Of a stretch of 64,000 nt of DNA, positions 1 to 13,556 are shown in pieces; position 1 is the first letter of the stretch, and each line of letters opens with the position of its first letter. The notes below the pieces were generated by a model. That model made no database searches. It was given only the letters and a program-made list of their open reading frames with translations, and had not been told where the DNA came from. Source of the DNA: Octopus sinensis (taxonomy: Eukaryota); NCBI RefSeq assembly GCF_006345805.1, contig NC_043000.1, positions 63,240,001 through 63,304,000 of the forward strand, written 5' to 3'. The position numbers were made by a program, and so were the translations under genes.

Positions 1-1254
1 GAATCATCCAGAGATTCTATCACAAGGTTTGTGACCCATTACTTTCACTGACTGAAACACCACCAAGTTCTTAGTTATTCATTTCTCTGTTTGTTCAAAT
101 TTGGTAAACCCTGAAAAGTTCAGAATAAGATCAAATATGGGGTGGTCTTTCATAATTGTTAAAGTATTTAAAATTTTATTAGTTACTGACTGATATCATA
201 TTTTTGCTTCAGTGCATAATTATTTCTAATAAACTTTTTAATGCTCCCAGCACTAAATATGTTAGCACTGTCATAATTAATATCAAGATTCGTAGATGTG
301 ACCATCTCCAATTGCTTTGACACATTTCAACTTCTTTTGTAGTTCAGCAAAATAAGAAAGCTACCATAAAAATCCAATCTGGAGCTTTTCAAAGTATAGG
401 ATTAAGAGAAAGATGTTGAGGATAGCATCTTAACGAATAAAAGTCTATATTTTAAACTTCATGCCTAGCACAATCCTGACTCTCATACAATACTTGTTCA
501 ACTCCCAAATGTAACTAACTCATAGTCAATTAAATTCAATAACTTCAAAAGTTTTTCCAGACACATACATGCAAATAGTTGTTTGTTGTTTGTTAAAGTA
601 TTCTTCAGTTGTTACCTTTAACATAAGATGTGGTTCCACATATTTCTACAAATCCAAACTGCAAGCTTCATTAGAACCCTTTCCATCAACGATAGTTCAA
701 TTAGTTTAAATCTGCAATATTTTACTCTTTAATACATCACTTACTAATGTATTAATTACAATGGTACTGTGCTGCATATCATCAGAAATAACACTTTGCA
801 ATATAATCTGATTAACTTAAGTATGTAACACATAAAATGCTAGTATATCTTCTCTTTCTTTCAGTATCTTACTAATTAACCATAGTATCCTTGCATTTCA
901 CCCTGTCTCCAGAACCAAACTTGATTTCATGTTTGTTATATCAGTTCTTTATTCTTTTAGAACTGATGTATTCAAAAACCTCTTACAGAAATACTTCTAA
1001 GCCATTTTTGTTTCATTATCAGTAATGGCAAATGCATCCATATCACTTGGAACACTTTATCTCTGAATTGTTATTTGTTCTGATACACTATCCTGTAATT
1101 CAAAATATTTCATACTTCTTTTGAAAGCAGGAGATATTGGCAGCCTCCTAGCTGCTGTGTATCCTTGCTGCCATGAAGATAACCTGACATCTAGCTTTCT
1201 ATTTCATTGGTTTGTAGTTCAACCATAAGTGAAACCCTGATCCAACAAAGAATA

Positions 1255-1400
1255 TTGCAATTCCATCTTATTTTCAGAGAGTACATCTAGCACTGTATTA
1301 TTTAATATATCCTTCCTTTTTTAAAGAGGGTAAGGTATGATATGAAGGAAATTTGACAGCTATTTCTAGAAGGTCAATAAACAGCACAGCAGCTCTCTCT
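1255..1400 (+). repeat. Interspersed repeat family F (unclassified), one of about 10 copies
   Basis: Motif gattt(g)agggagatttggctgctatttctag(c)aggtc recurs at about 2225-2400(-), 6790-6880(-), 11010-11180(-), 27325-27400, 35030-35240, 38200-38345, 40600-40690, 47220-47290, 59820-60045. Confidence 0.6.
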
Positions 1401-2892
1401 CTTGGCTCATTCACTTAATTTCTAGGTATAGTTCACTGATACCCACCCCACTCAAAGCTTTTATTTCTCATTCTCTAAAGCAGCATTTTACCTTAAACAA
1501 TAAATGATGAAATGCTAATCACAAAACCAGAAAATAAACTGTTTTGATAATTTCTTGAATCATTTGGTTTATATGCAACAATTGATTGAAGAATGTTTTA
1601 GAAAGTTACATTCTTTGACAATAACTTCTAAAGTAAAAATAATGAAAAATATATCTATTAGTATGCTTGTATTAATGTATTGTTAAACATGTTTGTACTC
1701 AAGATACTTGAGAGACGATCTGAAATACATGATTCCATATTGTTGTCTACATTCTATAAACCATGCTGATATATATATAAAAAATAAATTTCTAAACAAT
1801 GTAATTTAAATAAGATATTTTCTCTTATCTTCATGACCTTTTCATATAAATTCTCTTAAGAAGGGAACGTCACAAAAAACAAAAAAAAAGGTAGATAAAC
1901 AAAAACCTTTCCTTTCTTCTTTCCTTTAATAGATAATTACAATGTATTGATATATAAGTTGATACATGTCAGTGTGTGCGTGTGTGTGTGTGTGTGTGTG
2001 TTCAACTGCATTCTAGGGTTCTGTTATCTCTTTTACCTTTTCATTAATGACCTTTCTGTCACCTCTAACTTTATTAATTTATTTTCCAATGACAACTATT
2101 TCCCCTTTCTTTCAAATCTTACATGAAAATAGTCTGTGTTTTAAGTCTTCTATATGTCAGAAGTATTTCTGTCAACTGTAGGGAACTTGTCATCCAACAC
2201 TGAAGCACCTGAAGACATGAGTCTCTGCATTGTCATCTGATCTGCTGGAAATGATAGCCATATTTCCTTCAAATAACTCTTTGCCATCACAGAAAAGACA
2301 GCTGAGTTGGATAATGTGGTTCTAGATATATATGGAAAGTTCAGACCATCATGGTTGGATCATCTATGGTCAGGGCTGAATTGAAGATTAACTATAAACA
2401 ACAACAATATCACAAATAAGTCAGAAGTAATAATTTATCATAAATAAGGTTGTGTAGTGTCTGGTCACTTAAATTTGTTAAGCATAAGTAATTACATACT
2501 TTGAAATGATAAAATTAATTATTGTTATATTTAGGGATGGTCATTTTCTTTTTTTCTTTTTTATTTTTGCCAAATATACACACATACAATGTATTTGTTC
2601 TTCACTTCAGATTTATTTTTTTGCAATTTGTTCTTATTTAGTGGGGGAGGGAATGGAGAGTTACTGAAGATGTCACAAGATGTGTGACAAAATATTTCCA
2701 AAGGACATAAAATAAGAAGTGAAGAACAAATATACTGTGTATGTATTTATTTGGTAAAAAAAAAAGACAAAAAGAAAACAGAAAATGACCATTCTGAAAT
2801 ATGACAATATGTTTCAATACATGATTTCACATTAGGAATCTTGCAAAACAAATACATAAAGATAATAAAATTAATTATTATATATTTATTGT

Positions 2893-3180
2893 AGGTGCAG
2901 GAATGGCTGTGTGATAAGAAGCTTGCTTCCCTACCACATGGTTCAAGGTTCAGTCCCATAGGGTAGCATCTTGTGCAAGTGTGATCAACTATAACGTTGG
3001 GCTGACCAAGGCCTCATGAGTGGATTTAGGAGACAGAAACTGAAAGAAACTCATTGTGTGTGTGTGTGTCTTTGTGTCTGTTTGTCCCCCACCACCACTT
3101 GTCATTTGGTGTTGGTCTGTTTACGTCCCCATAACTTGGTGGTTCAGGAAAAGAAAGTGACAGAATAAGTACCAGGCTTT
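2893..3180 (+). mobile_element. tRNA-derived SINE family A
   Basis: Head ggctgtgtgataagaagcttgcttccc..ggttcagtccc (A/B-box-like), shared body and internal (TG)n; about 20 copies in window. Confidence 0.85.
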
Positions 3181-3194
3181 GTAGTAAGTCAAGA

Positions 3195-3365
3195 AAATAC
3201 CATTTCGCTCGCTACTGTTACCATGTAACTGTGTTTCATGATCAGGCGGTCAGTGACTAAACCAACTTGGCCACTTGGCTTGCCAGGTGAAGAGAGTATT
3301 GTGGATAATCTACAGAACTAAGAAAGAAGACCCATAAAAAAGGACAGATGAGCTTTATGTGAGCC
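3195..3365 (+). mobile_element. Possible decayed LTR-retrotransposon (Gypsy-like) RNase H relic
   Basis: One frame reads KYHFARYCYHVTVFHDQAV..TWLAR*REY..ELRKKTHKK, loosely like the TDH..L..RLARW..QEY..YRKG RNase H end; stops present. Confidence 0.25.
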
Positions 3366-4062
3366 AATAGCCATCCACACAAGTGGTGCCTCATTAAAAT
3401 ATCCTCCATGTGGGCTGGCAAACCATGCAACTGGTTCAATATTGTAGCTATGAAACTTCAATGAAAGACATTCTGTGCTTTCAAATTACAGTCAATATCC
3501 ATAAGTAATGTAGAATAGAGCAAGAAGAATGTCTGTGATATTGCATATGAAAGCACAATAACTATTCTGATATTGAAGTAAATGCAAAAGGAAAATACAT
3601 TCATTATATGATTGAAGACATTTTCCTAAAGTAAATTGAACTAATTTAACCATTTTACTAGCATATATCTACTGAAATATGATGTTCCTTGTGTGATTCA
3701 AGTAATTTTGAAAATAATCAAAAGAAATTTGGAGGGATTTTATAAAATAAACTTATTTATCAAACCAGCATTTGAATGTGACAAAAAGTTCTATGATGGA
3801 AGATTTTAATTCAAATTGAATCATGAAACCAGAGGCAGTCTTAGATAGATAGGAATGAAAAGGCAAGTATAATATCTACGGCAAGTATAATATCGTACTT
3901 TCTTCTGTTGTACAACTGAATGTGAATTACAATCTGGAATAGAATTCACTTACCTACAATATTCATTAAGCTAAGTAGTGTAGTGTGAATTTATAATCAC
4001 AGAGTCATGATAAGATGAAAATAAAAAAAAATACCAAAAAATACATGTATGCAGCTGTATGG

Positions 4063-4101
<39 letters not shown>

Positions 4102-4959
4102 ATATATATATATGATTATATTGTTATATTCTTTGGAAGTGAGATAAATATGGTAACAGATTATGTCACAATGCAGTTTATTACATATAACTTTCTATTA
4201 CAAGATGCATACAATATTATACAAATACAATATTGTATGTGTACAATATTGTACATAATAGCTGCAGTAGTGATGAGAGAATCACACAGCCATTACATTT
4301 ATGCTTTACTGAGAAGGTCAAATAAGACTGAAATATATCCAGACTTGCCAGAGTAATTAAACAAATATTAATCATTGATTAATATTGCCTTTTTTAATAC
4401 TACATAATTATTTCTAATTGACCTTTTAATGTCCACTGTACTCAATATGTTAACACTAACTTAATTATTGTGGATATATCACCTAGAAAGCAATCTTTCA
4501 ATCCAAAATGGTTAGAAAACCTATCATAAGCAAACAAACTAATTACATTTTCATATGGTTTGTTTTGTTATTTCATTTTTAATATCTTTCATGAATTGCT
4601 TGAGCATATGTTTTACAGCACCTAATAACTACTTGTCCAAGGTATGAATAGGAGTGGTATATTTTCTTCATTTAATAGACCAACATCTTATTCATAAAGA
4701 CAGAACAATATCTCTAACTGGATTAAATCCAACAGCCAATGAATCAATAATGTTCCAGCACCTAAACCACACACACCTACACTATATGTATATTTTCAAT
4801 AAAAAACAGATCGAACAACAAAAGTTAATGTACTACATACATGCTTTCTGAATCCTCAGAGATGAAAAGAAGGTTTCTGGACAAGATATGAGAGAGAGGG
4901 AGGAGATAGAAACAAAGACAGAGAGAGATAAAGGAGGGAAAAGAGCAGAAAGAGCATGT

Positions 4960-4996
<37 letters not shown>

Positions 4997-5704
4997 ATTG
5001 ATCGCTGGATGTATAACAGCAACAGACAGAGAATTAAGGTTAGGGGTGGAGAATGGCAACTGAATAAATATAATTGGAGAAGAGAAATGGAAGGTGTTTT
5101 TTGTTTTTAATTATATTAAAAAATTTAAGAAGCAAAGATTATTTCTCTGACACAAAAATAAAAAAATTAAATAATACATTTATTTCTTCCATGGTATTTG
5201 GTGTTGGTAAAATTACAATTGAAGCTGTCTAATGCAATTATACAAAAGTATTATTACACAGCATACCAATATTAGGCTACCTCAAGTATGAAAACAATGA
5301 TAATATTTTCTTTTTCTTTCCACAGTCGAATATTTTCTGGTCCAAAATTTTCCCCAGAGAATGGATTCATAAATAAATTGGACAGGTATCAAGTATAAAG
5401 TTCTGAACCGTTTCCCAGACAGGAAATGAGAAGGCACATTGCCATTCCAGCTGAAAATTAGTGCAGTGAATATCCATAATGGGCAAACAACTTACGATAT
5501 GGTTGAACAACACACTAAAATTAATGGTTCATAAGAACAAAAGACTTGAAAGTTAAAAGAATGTAAAAATCATTTTCATAATCTTACTGAGGTAATTTCT
5601 ACACAATTTTGTGTTGGTGTTGAAATTTTATACTTTTTTCCAAAAATATCTTAGTAAAATTACAACACAAGTTTTTCACATTTTAATTAAACTTTCAAAT
5701 TTTT

Positions 5705-5915
5705 AGGTGCTGGTGTGGCTGTGTGGTAAGTAGTTTGCTTCCCAACCATATGGTTCCGGTTCAGTCCCACTGCATGAGACCTTGGGCAAGTGTCTTCTAC
5801 AATAAACCCAGACCAAACACAGGCTTGTGAGTGGCTTTGATAGATGAAAGCTGAAAGAACTTTGCCTCAAATTCTTCTGTGGTCAATAAGATAAGTACCA
5901 GACAAGTACTGGAGC
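5705..5915 (+). mobile_element. SINE family A (3' shortened)
   Basis: ggtgtggctgtgtggtaagtagtttgcttcccaaccatatggttccggttcagtccc head. Confidence 0.85.
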
Positions 5916-6544
5916 ATCACAAAACTTTGTGGTATTGTCTCTTAGATTAGCTTTAAGGAGCTGCTGAAAACTATGCTTTGGTATTCCCTTTTAAGTCACA
6001 CTCCTGTTAATTATATCTGTTAATTTTTTCCAAACCTTCTTCGTGTTAGGCTATTTTGTACTTAACTTCTCCAGGTGAAAGTTAGGTTTTGTAAACTGAT
6101 AGGAAAGAAATAGACCAAACTACGAAGACATTTCAAGTAAGAATTGTTGACATCCTTAATTTGCTTCTCTCAAACTTTTTATTTACTCTATTCATCCCTT
6201 CTTCCCTTGGATTAACTTGGATGGGAAAATATTTGTTCTAAAAGTGCAATCTGTTGTCAGTCTGTCAAACTGAAACATATAAATACATATAACCCAGTTG
6301 TAAAATAGAACAGCAGTGATTGTAAGGTGGAAATTTATGACCAGTATTGTGTCTTCAATGATACAAAGGGTGGGGATATAAGAAACGTTGGTGAAATAAA
6401 GTTGCTCATAACAAACAAGTGATAAATCTCTCGATGTTGAAGGAATAGCAGCCAAATATTTCTCAGATCATACACATGATTTTGTCAAATCATGTGTATG
6501 AAAAAAAAAAAAAAAAAAAAAGCCAGGACACACTGGATAACATA

Positions 6545-6784
6545 CAGGGTGGGGGGCTGAAAATTTCCTGGCTTTAAGGATATCATGAAAGGCCTGGCTG
6601 GTGGTTCAAGCTTCTGAGTTCTTTTACAGAGTTTAGAAAAACTGAAAAAAAAAGAAAAAAAACTGAAGGACCACTGCAGTAAGTGTGTGGATCTGAGAGG
6701 AGAATATGTCGAATAAAATCATAATTAACTGAACCTCTTGTATTTTCTTTTACTCAAGGCCAGGAACTTTTCAGCACCTTCTCA
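6545..6784 (+). mobile_element. Mariner-derived MITE
   Basis: TIRs gg(g/t)gctgaaaa(t/g)ttcctggc / gccaggaacttttcagcacc, flanked by TA; carries the transposase C-terminus KLKDHCSKCVDLRGEYVE*. Confidence 0.85.
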
Positions 6785-7184
6785 TAATAGTGGATAACAA
6801 AAGATGAGATGGTTGTGGGCTGGATTGCCTTTGAGTATGGGTCTGCTCAATCAGGGTTGATTTTGAACAAAACAACAACTACTTACAATATTATCTTTTA
6901 AAGAGAAATACTAGTTAAATGATTAGTCTACTGAACCTACAGCCCTTACATCAATGGTTCTCAAATGATGTGCTACAGATTTTGCATAAAGAAGTGCTGA
7001 GCTCTAATTGTGGAGGGAATTTGTGAAAGGGGTAGGAGTAGTCCCAGGAAGATGTGGAACAAAGTGGTGAGAATGGATCTTCAGACGCTGGGTCTCACTG
7101 AAGAAATGACAAAGGACTGAGAGATGTGGCAATTTACTGTACTTAAAAAGACATATCAAGCTAAGAAAAATCACTGTCTTTCAT

Positions 7185-7455
7185 AGATACAGGCTTGTCC
7201 TCTCAGGTGCTGGTACCACATAAAAAGCACCTGTGCCAGTGCTGTGTAAATGCACCCATGCTGGTGCTGCATAAGTGCATCCATGCCAGTGGCACATAAA
7301 AGGCACCCAGCACACTTTGTTAAGTGGTTGGCATAGGGAAGGGCATCCAGCCATAGAAATCATGCCACAACAGACAACTGAAGTGTGGACAGCTCCATGT
7401 CAAAACATCCAGCCTATGCCAGTATGGAAAACAGTTGTTTAATAATGAAGATGAT
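7185..7455 (+). mobile_element. RTE-LINE 3'-tail type repeat (family D)
   Basis: ggaagggcatccagccatagaaa..gccagtatggaaaacag..(gat)n tail; copies also at 9870-10139(+), 33490-33720(-), 36058-36452(-), 51905-51985(-), 53665-53835(-), 57712-58020(-). Confidence 0.7.
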
Positions 7456-7845
7456 AATTTAAGACTTTTGAGAACTCATACTAATGCTTGTAATACATAA
7501 ATATGACTAATGAGACAAAATAAGCAATAGTTTCCTATATTTTTATTTCTAAATTTTCAACTTTAAAACAGTTTTTTTCCATGCAAAGTACACTAATAAT
7601 CTTTTACATTCCATGTGAAGGGCTTCAGAAATTTTTTTTTAAATTTGATCTCCTGTACCACAGTCAAAAAGGTTCAGGACCACTGTTGTATATTTTCACT
7701 TTAAATGTCATAACCTTCTTGCAGCAAGAGAATAAATTTACTGATATTAAGTGATGTATTTAACCTCAAAGACATATATCATAAGTCAAATACATGTTAG
7801 CTAGAGAAAAAAAAATCTCTAAACATCTGCTGATCTTTCTTGATA

Positions 7846-8230
7846 GAGGAGTGCTTGTGTGGTAAGAAGCTTACTTCCCAGCCACATGGTTCCAGGTTCA
7901 GTCCCACTGCACAGCACCTTGAGCAAGTGCTTTCTACTCTAGCCTCAGGCCGGCCAAAGCTTTGAGTGGATTTGGTAACCGGAATCTAAAAGAAGTTTGT
8001 AGTGTGTGTGTGTATGTATTTGTGTTTTGTGATTGTCCTCCACCAACACTTGACAACAGGTGCTGGTGTGCTTATGTCCCCATAACTTAGCAGTTCAGCA
8101 AAAGAGATAGACAGAAGTATCAGGCTTAAATAAAAAGAAGTGAGGTCAATTCATTTGATGAAAAATTCTTCAAGGCAGTGCCCTAGTATGGCCACAGACT
8201 TATGACTGAAAAAAGTAAGAGATAAAAGAA
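7846..8230 (+). mobile_element. SINE family A, near full length
   Basis: Head, body and tail (gcagtgccctagtatggccacag..tgactgaaa..aaga) all present. Confidence 0.85.
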
Positions 8231-8394
8231 CCTTACAATTATAACATAGCTAAAACTGCACGGCACAGACTAATCTTTTCAAGAAGTGCTTAAACTTAAA
8301 GTGTCAAAGACATTTCCAATTTTTTAATCTTATAAACTAAAGTTGATTCCATTTCATCTGTGTGTTGTTATTTTCACTGGAAATTTTTTTACAT

Positions 8395-8626
8395 ACACAC
8401 ACACATAAATACATATGTTTGTGTGTGTGTATAAACGTATATGTGTATATAAGCACACTTCATGCAGACACACACAACAAAGCTTTAGACAGTTTCTTCT
8501 GTCTATCAAATTTCTAAGGGTATTGATCATTCAAAGGCTATGATAGAAGATGCTTATCCAAAGAGTCATGCATTGAGATAGAACCTGAAACCATGTGGTT
8601 GTGAATTAAAATTTTTAATCATGCAG
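8395..8626 (-). mobile_element. SINE family A, 5' half
   Basis: Reverse complement of family A head (gaacctgaaaccatgtggttg..catgcagcc). Confidence 0.7.
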
Positions 8627-9869
8627 CCAAGCTTTCACTAATATTAGAAAATCATTATCTGCTGCTGCTTCTGTTACTACTGTCAATATTATAGCTGTTG
8701 CTTGTGGTTTCACAAGATAGTCAAGCTACCATAGCATCTACTACACCTTACTGGGGGAAATTATTTTTAGGGGAGATATAAATCATGTTGACTGAATTGC
8801 TTTTGTCCCAATTATACCAATGTCAAACAGAATGGTTGTCAGGTTGTAAAATGATTATTTAATCATAGAGAAATTAAATGATTCTTTTATATTTTGTTTG
8901 CCTTGGTCAAGTCTTGAAAAGTATCAGAAACCAAGGAGTTAGTCAAAAGACTGAACACGTGTCTTATGAATGCTTTTGCTGGAAAGATGTTTTGCAAAAA
9001 AAAACACACAGAAATGTTTACAAGGATTAGCAGCAGCAGCAACATATCCACCAGCTATTGCTATTGCCACCGTCTTCAAGAGCAGCTTTAAAGTTCTTTA
9101 ACTTGAATATGATGTTAATCTTATGTTTATGAACACTTTGCAACAAAGAGCCTTTGAGCTTCATGTCATCTTTTTCAAGATGTATAAAAAATTAGTTTCC
9201 AATAATAGTTGTCTGTTCTCCATGTGTGTCTTAAGTGATGAGCAGAGTGTCATTGAGTATTAATCATATTACATATATGTAACGTATCAAAGAAATCTCC
9301 CAATCCTGTCAGATATCTGATTATGACTTGCCTTAGCTGTTCGTTGAGTGGTTTGAAAGTAAAATCTATTTACCTTCTTGCAAAATAGCATGTTTTCAAC
9401 AACATTTTACCATTACTATTTTATTTACTTTGACTATTGCATTTCTTTCACTGTAGTAGTATTAGTGTTTGAGATCATGATGATAGAAGTAGGGGAGATG
9501 GAGAGAGGAGGAGTGAGAGAGAGGGCATGCAAAGAATTAGTTGATGTGATGATGGTGAATTTGGTACTAACACTAAAATCAGGATAAGGTAAAGTTTACC
9601 TTGTTGATTTAACATTATCAAACTAAGAAAAAGAAAATTAAAATAAATTTACTTCTGCAATAATTTACTCTGTTACAGTTGCAGTTGGCTAAGTTTGCAG
9701 GATAGTCCCTAAACAAAAAGTTCAACAGTTCACATGATATTTCAGTGACCACAGCCAAGGTAACACTCAAATATATCAGTTTACTCTATTTATAAAGTCT
9801 TGTAATTGGACTTGGTAGATAGTAACTGAGAGAAGTGCATTGTACATGTAAGTATATGTGTGTGTGTTT

Positions 9870-10139
9870 ATGAGGTACTGTCTCTATACCTTAATATTGT
9901 GTGAGTAGTTGTAAATGAGTGTCACCATAATGCAAGCAGTGCTGTCTTTCATTTCCAGTGCTATGGGATAAACTGTTTGGTCATTGGAAAATATTACCTT
10001 GCTTGCAAACAAGTGAGTGATGGCAGCAGGAAGGGCATCCAGCTATAGAAAATCTGCCTCGATAAATTCTGTCCAAACCATGCAAGCAAGGAAAAGTGGA
10101 CATTAGACAACGATGATGACAATGATGATGAAGATGATA
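9870..10139 (+). mobile_element. Family D (RTE-tail type) repeat
   Basis: aggaagggcatccagctatagaaaatctgcc..gaaaagtggacatta..(gat)n. Confidence 0.7.
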
Positions 10140-10147
10140 CTATAGAT

Positions 10148-10372
10148 CAGGGGTGGGCAAACTACGGCCCGCGGGCCGCATGCGGCCCGCCATAGGTTTT
10201 CATGCAGCCCGCCGAGAGCTTTTATGAATCCCAACTTCTATGCAGATACTTCGTAACTGTTTAAGTTGTACAGTAATTCACAATATTTTCACTTGATTTT
10301 TATAAATGAGGCCCGCCAAGGTTCCAAAGACGCACTGTGCGGCCCGCGATCAAAAAAGTTCGCCCACCCCTG
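10148..10372. mobile_element. hAT-family MITE, young
   Basis: TIRs caggggtgggcaaact / agttcgcccacccctg; perfect 8-bp TSD CTATAGAT (10140-10147, 10373-10380); CpGs retained. Confidence 0.95.
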
Positions 10373-10784
10373 CTATAGATGCTACAGTCTTCTAAATAAT
10401 AAGTGTTTCATAAAATTGCATTGTTGAGTTTAAATCTGGAAAGCTGGGATGTTCTTGACTAACTTGTGTTAAATACACTACAGAAAGACACCTCAAATGT
10501 AGCTCAATAGTTTATGGGACTCAACAATGACACAATTTGTGTGTCTATAACAACCCAGTAGTTTATGGGCTCCAGGATGTAGACTCTACAGTGGTTATAT
10601 TATTTGACAGTAATAATGCAATAAGTTGAGGTACATACTTCATAATTTCATAATTTAGTACATGTGGTTCACTGTGATGAAAATTAATATTTCTAATAAT
10701 TCTGGTCCTTATTCATCTGCACCCTAAGATTGTAGTCTCTGGTTTTACCTTAGTCACATTTGAGTCATTATTATACTGAATCAC

Positions 10785-10920
10785 ACCATCGAGGTCGAGT
10801 TTGCTTTTCACCCTTTTGGGGTTGATAGAATAAAGCACAGGTCAAGCACGGGTTGAAGAAATTAACTTAGCCTTCTCACGAAAATTGCTGGCCTTGTGCC
10901 TCAATTAGAAAGAATTATAT
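10785..10920 (+). mobile_element. SINE family B, 3' part
   Basis: gaggtcgagtttgcttttcacccttttggggttgatagaataaag..aaaattgctggccttgtgcc. Confidence 0.75.
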
Positions 10921-12260
10921 TCTGAATCACCTTACTCTCAGCCCACATTTCCAACTCACATAATTACATAGATGCAAATGCACCACACTAATGAGAGAAC
11001 CACAAAGTGGTCATTTTATCTGCCAGAAATACTAGTTAAATCTCTTAAATCACACTTAAGGAAAAGGACACAATGAATAAGTATAGTTTAAGATAAACTA
11101 TAACTAAATATCTGGAATGGCACTGGTTGGAGTGCCTTTAATAATAGGTATGCTCAATCAGAGCTGACTTAGCACTAAACAGCATAAATAACAGAGATAC
11201 TAATGAATGCTGTATAAGTAGCACATTAAGCAAATAAAAACTGTAGGCAATCATTAAATACCATTGGCTTTCTTCTTTGTTATCTATATATCCAAGCAGA
11301 AAACTAGAATTTGCATCCTTCTACTTTTTAGATAGCAAGTTAGCAGAAACAGTTGAATATTAAATTAAATACTTTACTGTGTTTAATTTGTCCTTAAACA
11401 TGAGTTGATTTTACTTTACATCTATTTGGAGCTGATACAATAAATACCAGTAATAGATTGTGGTTAATTCAGTTGAAGAACAAGCTTTAGTATACAATTA
11501 ATATGTTTATAAATTTCAAAGTTCAAATAGAAGAGAGAGATTGTTATTTAATCCAAAAAGATTACACTGAAGATATGCTCCAAATTTTTTTGATTTTATT
11601 TGTACATTTATTTATTCATTGTAGAAACATTTCCAACTATGTTGATTGATGTATAAATGGAATCAATAATGGTTTTAAAGTTATGGAATACAACAGAAGA
11701 AATAATCAAGAAATTTTCTTTTAACAATGAAGTTGATTTCAACTCTTAAAATATTTCTCATTTCAGACCCTCAAAGAATACCAATCTTATAGCAAACCAG
11801 AATAACCATTTAAACTGTTTTGTTTCAAATAAAGAACTATTTCATATTATTTTTATAAAGATTGATTTAATTTTCTTCATTTCGTGCACGCGTGCGTGCG
11901 TGTGTGTACACACACACACACTTTCACCATCATATTTTCAATAGTTTTTCTTATAAGACTGACAGAGGTAGCTGAGTTTAACCCTAGGCGTTAAGAGTCG
12001 CTGATGAGAATTAAGATGGTCTACATCAAAATCTGAAATTGTCATCCAACTACATATGCTGGGGACTTACCTCCCTTCGTCAGTCATTAAGTTCAGTGCT
12101 TTTGTGGCTTTTGAGTTATTTTAACTCTTATTTTTAGCAAAAGAGGTGCTAATCAGTACCCTCTGTCATTTTTGTGACCTCTATTAATTTTGCCTTTAGG
12201 TTCTAATTGCTAATATGCCACCCTTTTTCATTTGTTATATATATACATACATATATATAT

Positions 12261-12465
12261 AGGTGCATGTGTGGCTGTGTGATAAGAAGCTTGCTTCCCA
12301 ACCACATGGTTCTGGGTTCAATCCCACTGTGTGGTACCTTGGGCAAGTGTCTTCTATTATAGACTCGGGTCAACCAAAGCCTTGTGAGTGGATCTGGCAG
12401 ATGGAAAATGAATGAAGCCTGTTGTGTGTATGTGTATGCATGTGTGTGTGTCTGTGCGTGCATGT
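12261..12465 (+). mobile_element. SINE family A, 5' half
   Basis: Well-preserved head through (TG)n. Confidence 0.85.
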
Positions 12466-12739
12466 ATAATTTTTTTCCCAGGATTACAAACTACTTCTCA
12501 GTGTATTAGTTCTATTCAAGATTTAACAAAAAAAAATGTTTTTAAAGGGATCCAGTAATGAAATAACAAAATACATGTCTATATTGTATGCAATTAATTG
12601 TTTTGATTTCTGAAAAAGATAGAGAAAAACAATTTAAACTATTATAAACGTTTAAAAGGTTGTTTTAGATTTCTCCACAAGGAAAAGTAAAAATATACAA
12701 TTTTAAAAAAAATATTTTACGAGACATAATAATTGAGTA

Positions 12740-13290
12740 GTGGAGGACAACTCTGCACAAGGAAGCATATAGCAAGAGATAACCAACTGAAAGAAATATC
12801 TATTTACATTTCTAGCTTGAGCTACCAAGTCTTATCCACACACCCATCTCCACCCACTATTCCTGGGAGGGCTCTGGGAGTAGAATCCTATCAGAAGCAA
12901 TTACACTTTCTGGCTAGATTCCCAAGTGTAACCAACTGAGACTATACATGTTATCTAACCATCTTGCTCTTGGCCTACTCCTAAGTCTCCTGCCAATTGG
13001 CTCAGCTAGAAGAATCCATTTTGCAATTCTTTCCTGTGACATTCTAATCACAACTGTACTACTGGAGCTGTGACCACTCAATGCAGACAGGACTCCCTGA
13101 TCTCTAAGCTATGCACCCTGTTGAGTAATGCTACCCAAGAAATCCTTCAGAGGAACCCGATTTCAGCCTCTTGTATTTGCAATTATACTCTTTCAGTCAT
13201 TACCCAACATTCATGACCCTAGGTGTGGATAGGCATAAAAACCAAACTGAAGATAGCAAGTCAGGCTTTTTTTTTTACCAACCACTCCTC
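12740..13290 (-). mobile_element. RTE-type LINE 3' relic
   Basis: ttcagtcattacccaacattcatgaccctaggtgtggatagg is the antisense of a typical RTE RT C-terminal region; degenerate. Confidence 0.45.
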
Positions 13291-13329
13291 TTTTGAGGAT
13301 TTAATGTTGAAGCTGGACATTCTTCACCT

Positions 13330-13556
13330 CTAACCCATTAGCATTTAAATTGGTCATATCCAGCTCAAATATTCTAACTAGTTTACAGTCAAACCAACCA
13401 GATTTGGCCCTTTACACCTGCCCTACAATATCATTTTAAAAACAAACAATCACAACATTGAAATCTCTAAGCCAAGTGGTAGTATATGATTAATACAAAA
13501 CAATATGAATAAATAAGCATTACATTTGACAGCATAGTCTGAATGTAAAGGGTTAA
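13330..13556 (+). mobile_element. piggyBac-type MITE (family E)
   Basis: Ends (T/C)TAA|CCC(T/A)TTAGCATT ... AATG(C)TAAAGGG|TTAA; 5 copies in window. Confidence 0.8.

Noticed and set aside
213-330. HLRILILIMTVLTYLVLGAL, like the first helix of a K2P channel
   Set aside because: Bounded by stops, no splice context and no pore motifs nearby.
5326-5385. Plus-strand 60-nt exon candidate (RIFSGPKFSPENGFINKLD)
   Set aside because: Good splice sites but no recognisable protein or partner exon; likewise 20538-20686, 40820-40876 and 58725-58764.
1492-9622. Minus-strand microexon candidates at 1492-1514, 3954-3970 and 9600-9622
   Set aside because: AG/GT context is plausible, but they are too short and cannot be chained uniquely.
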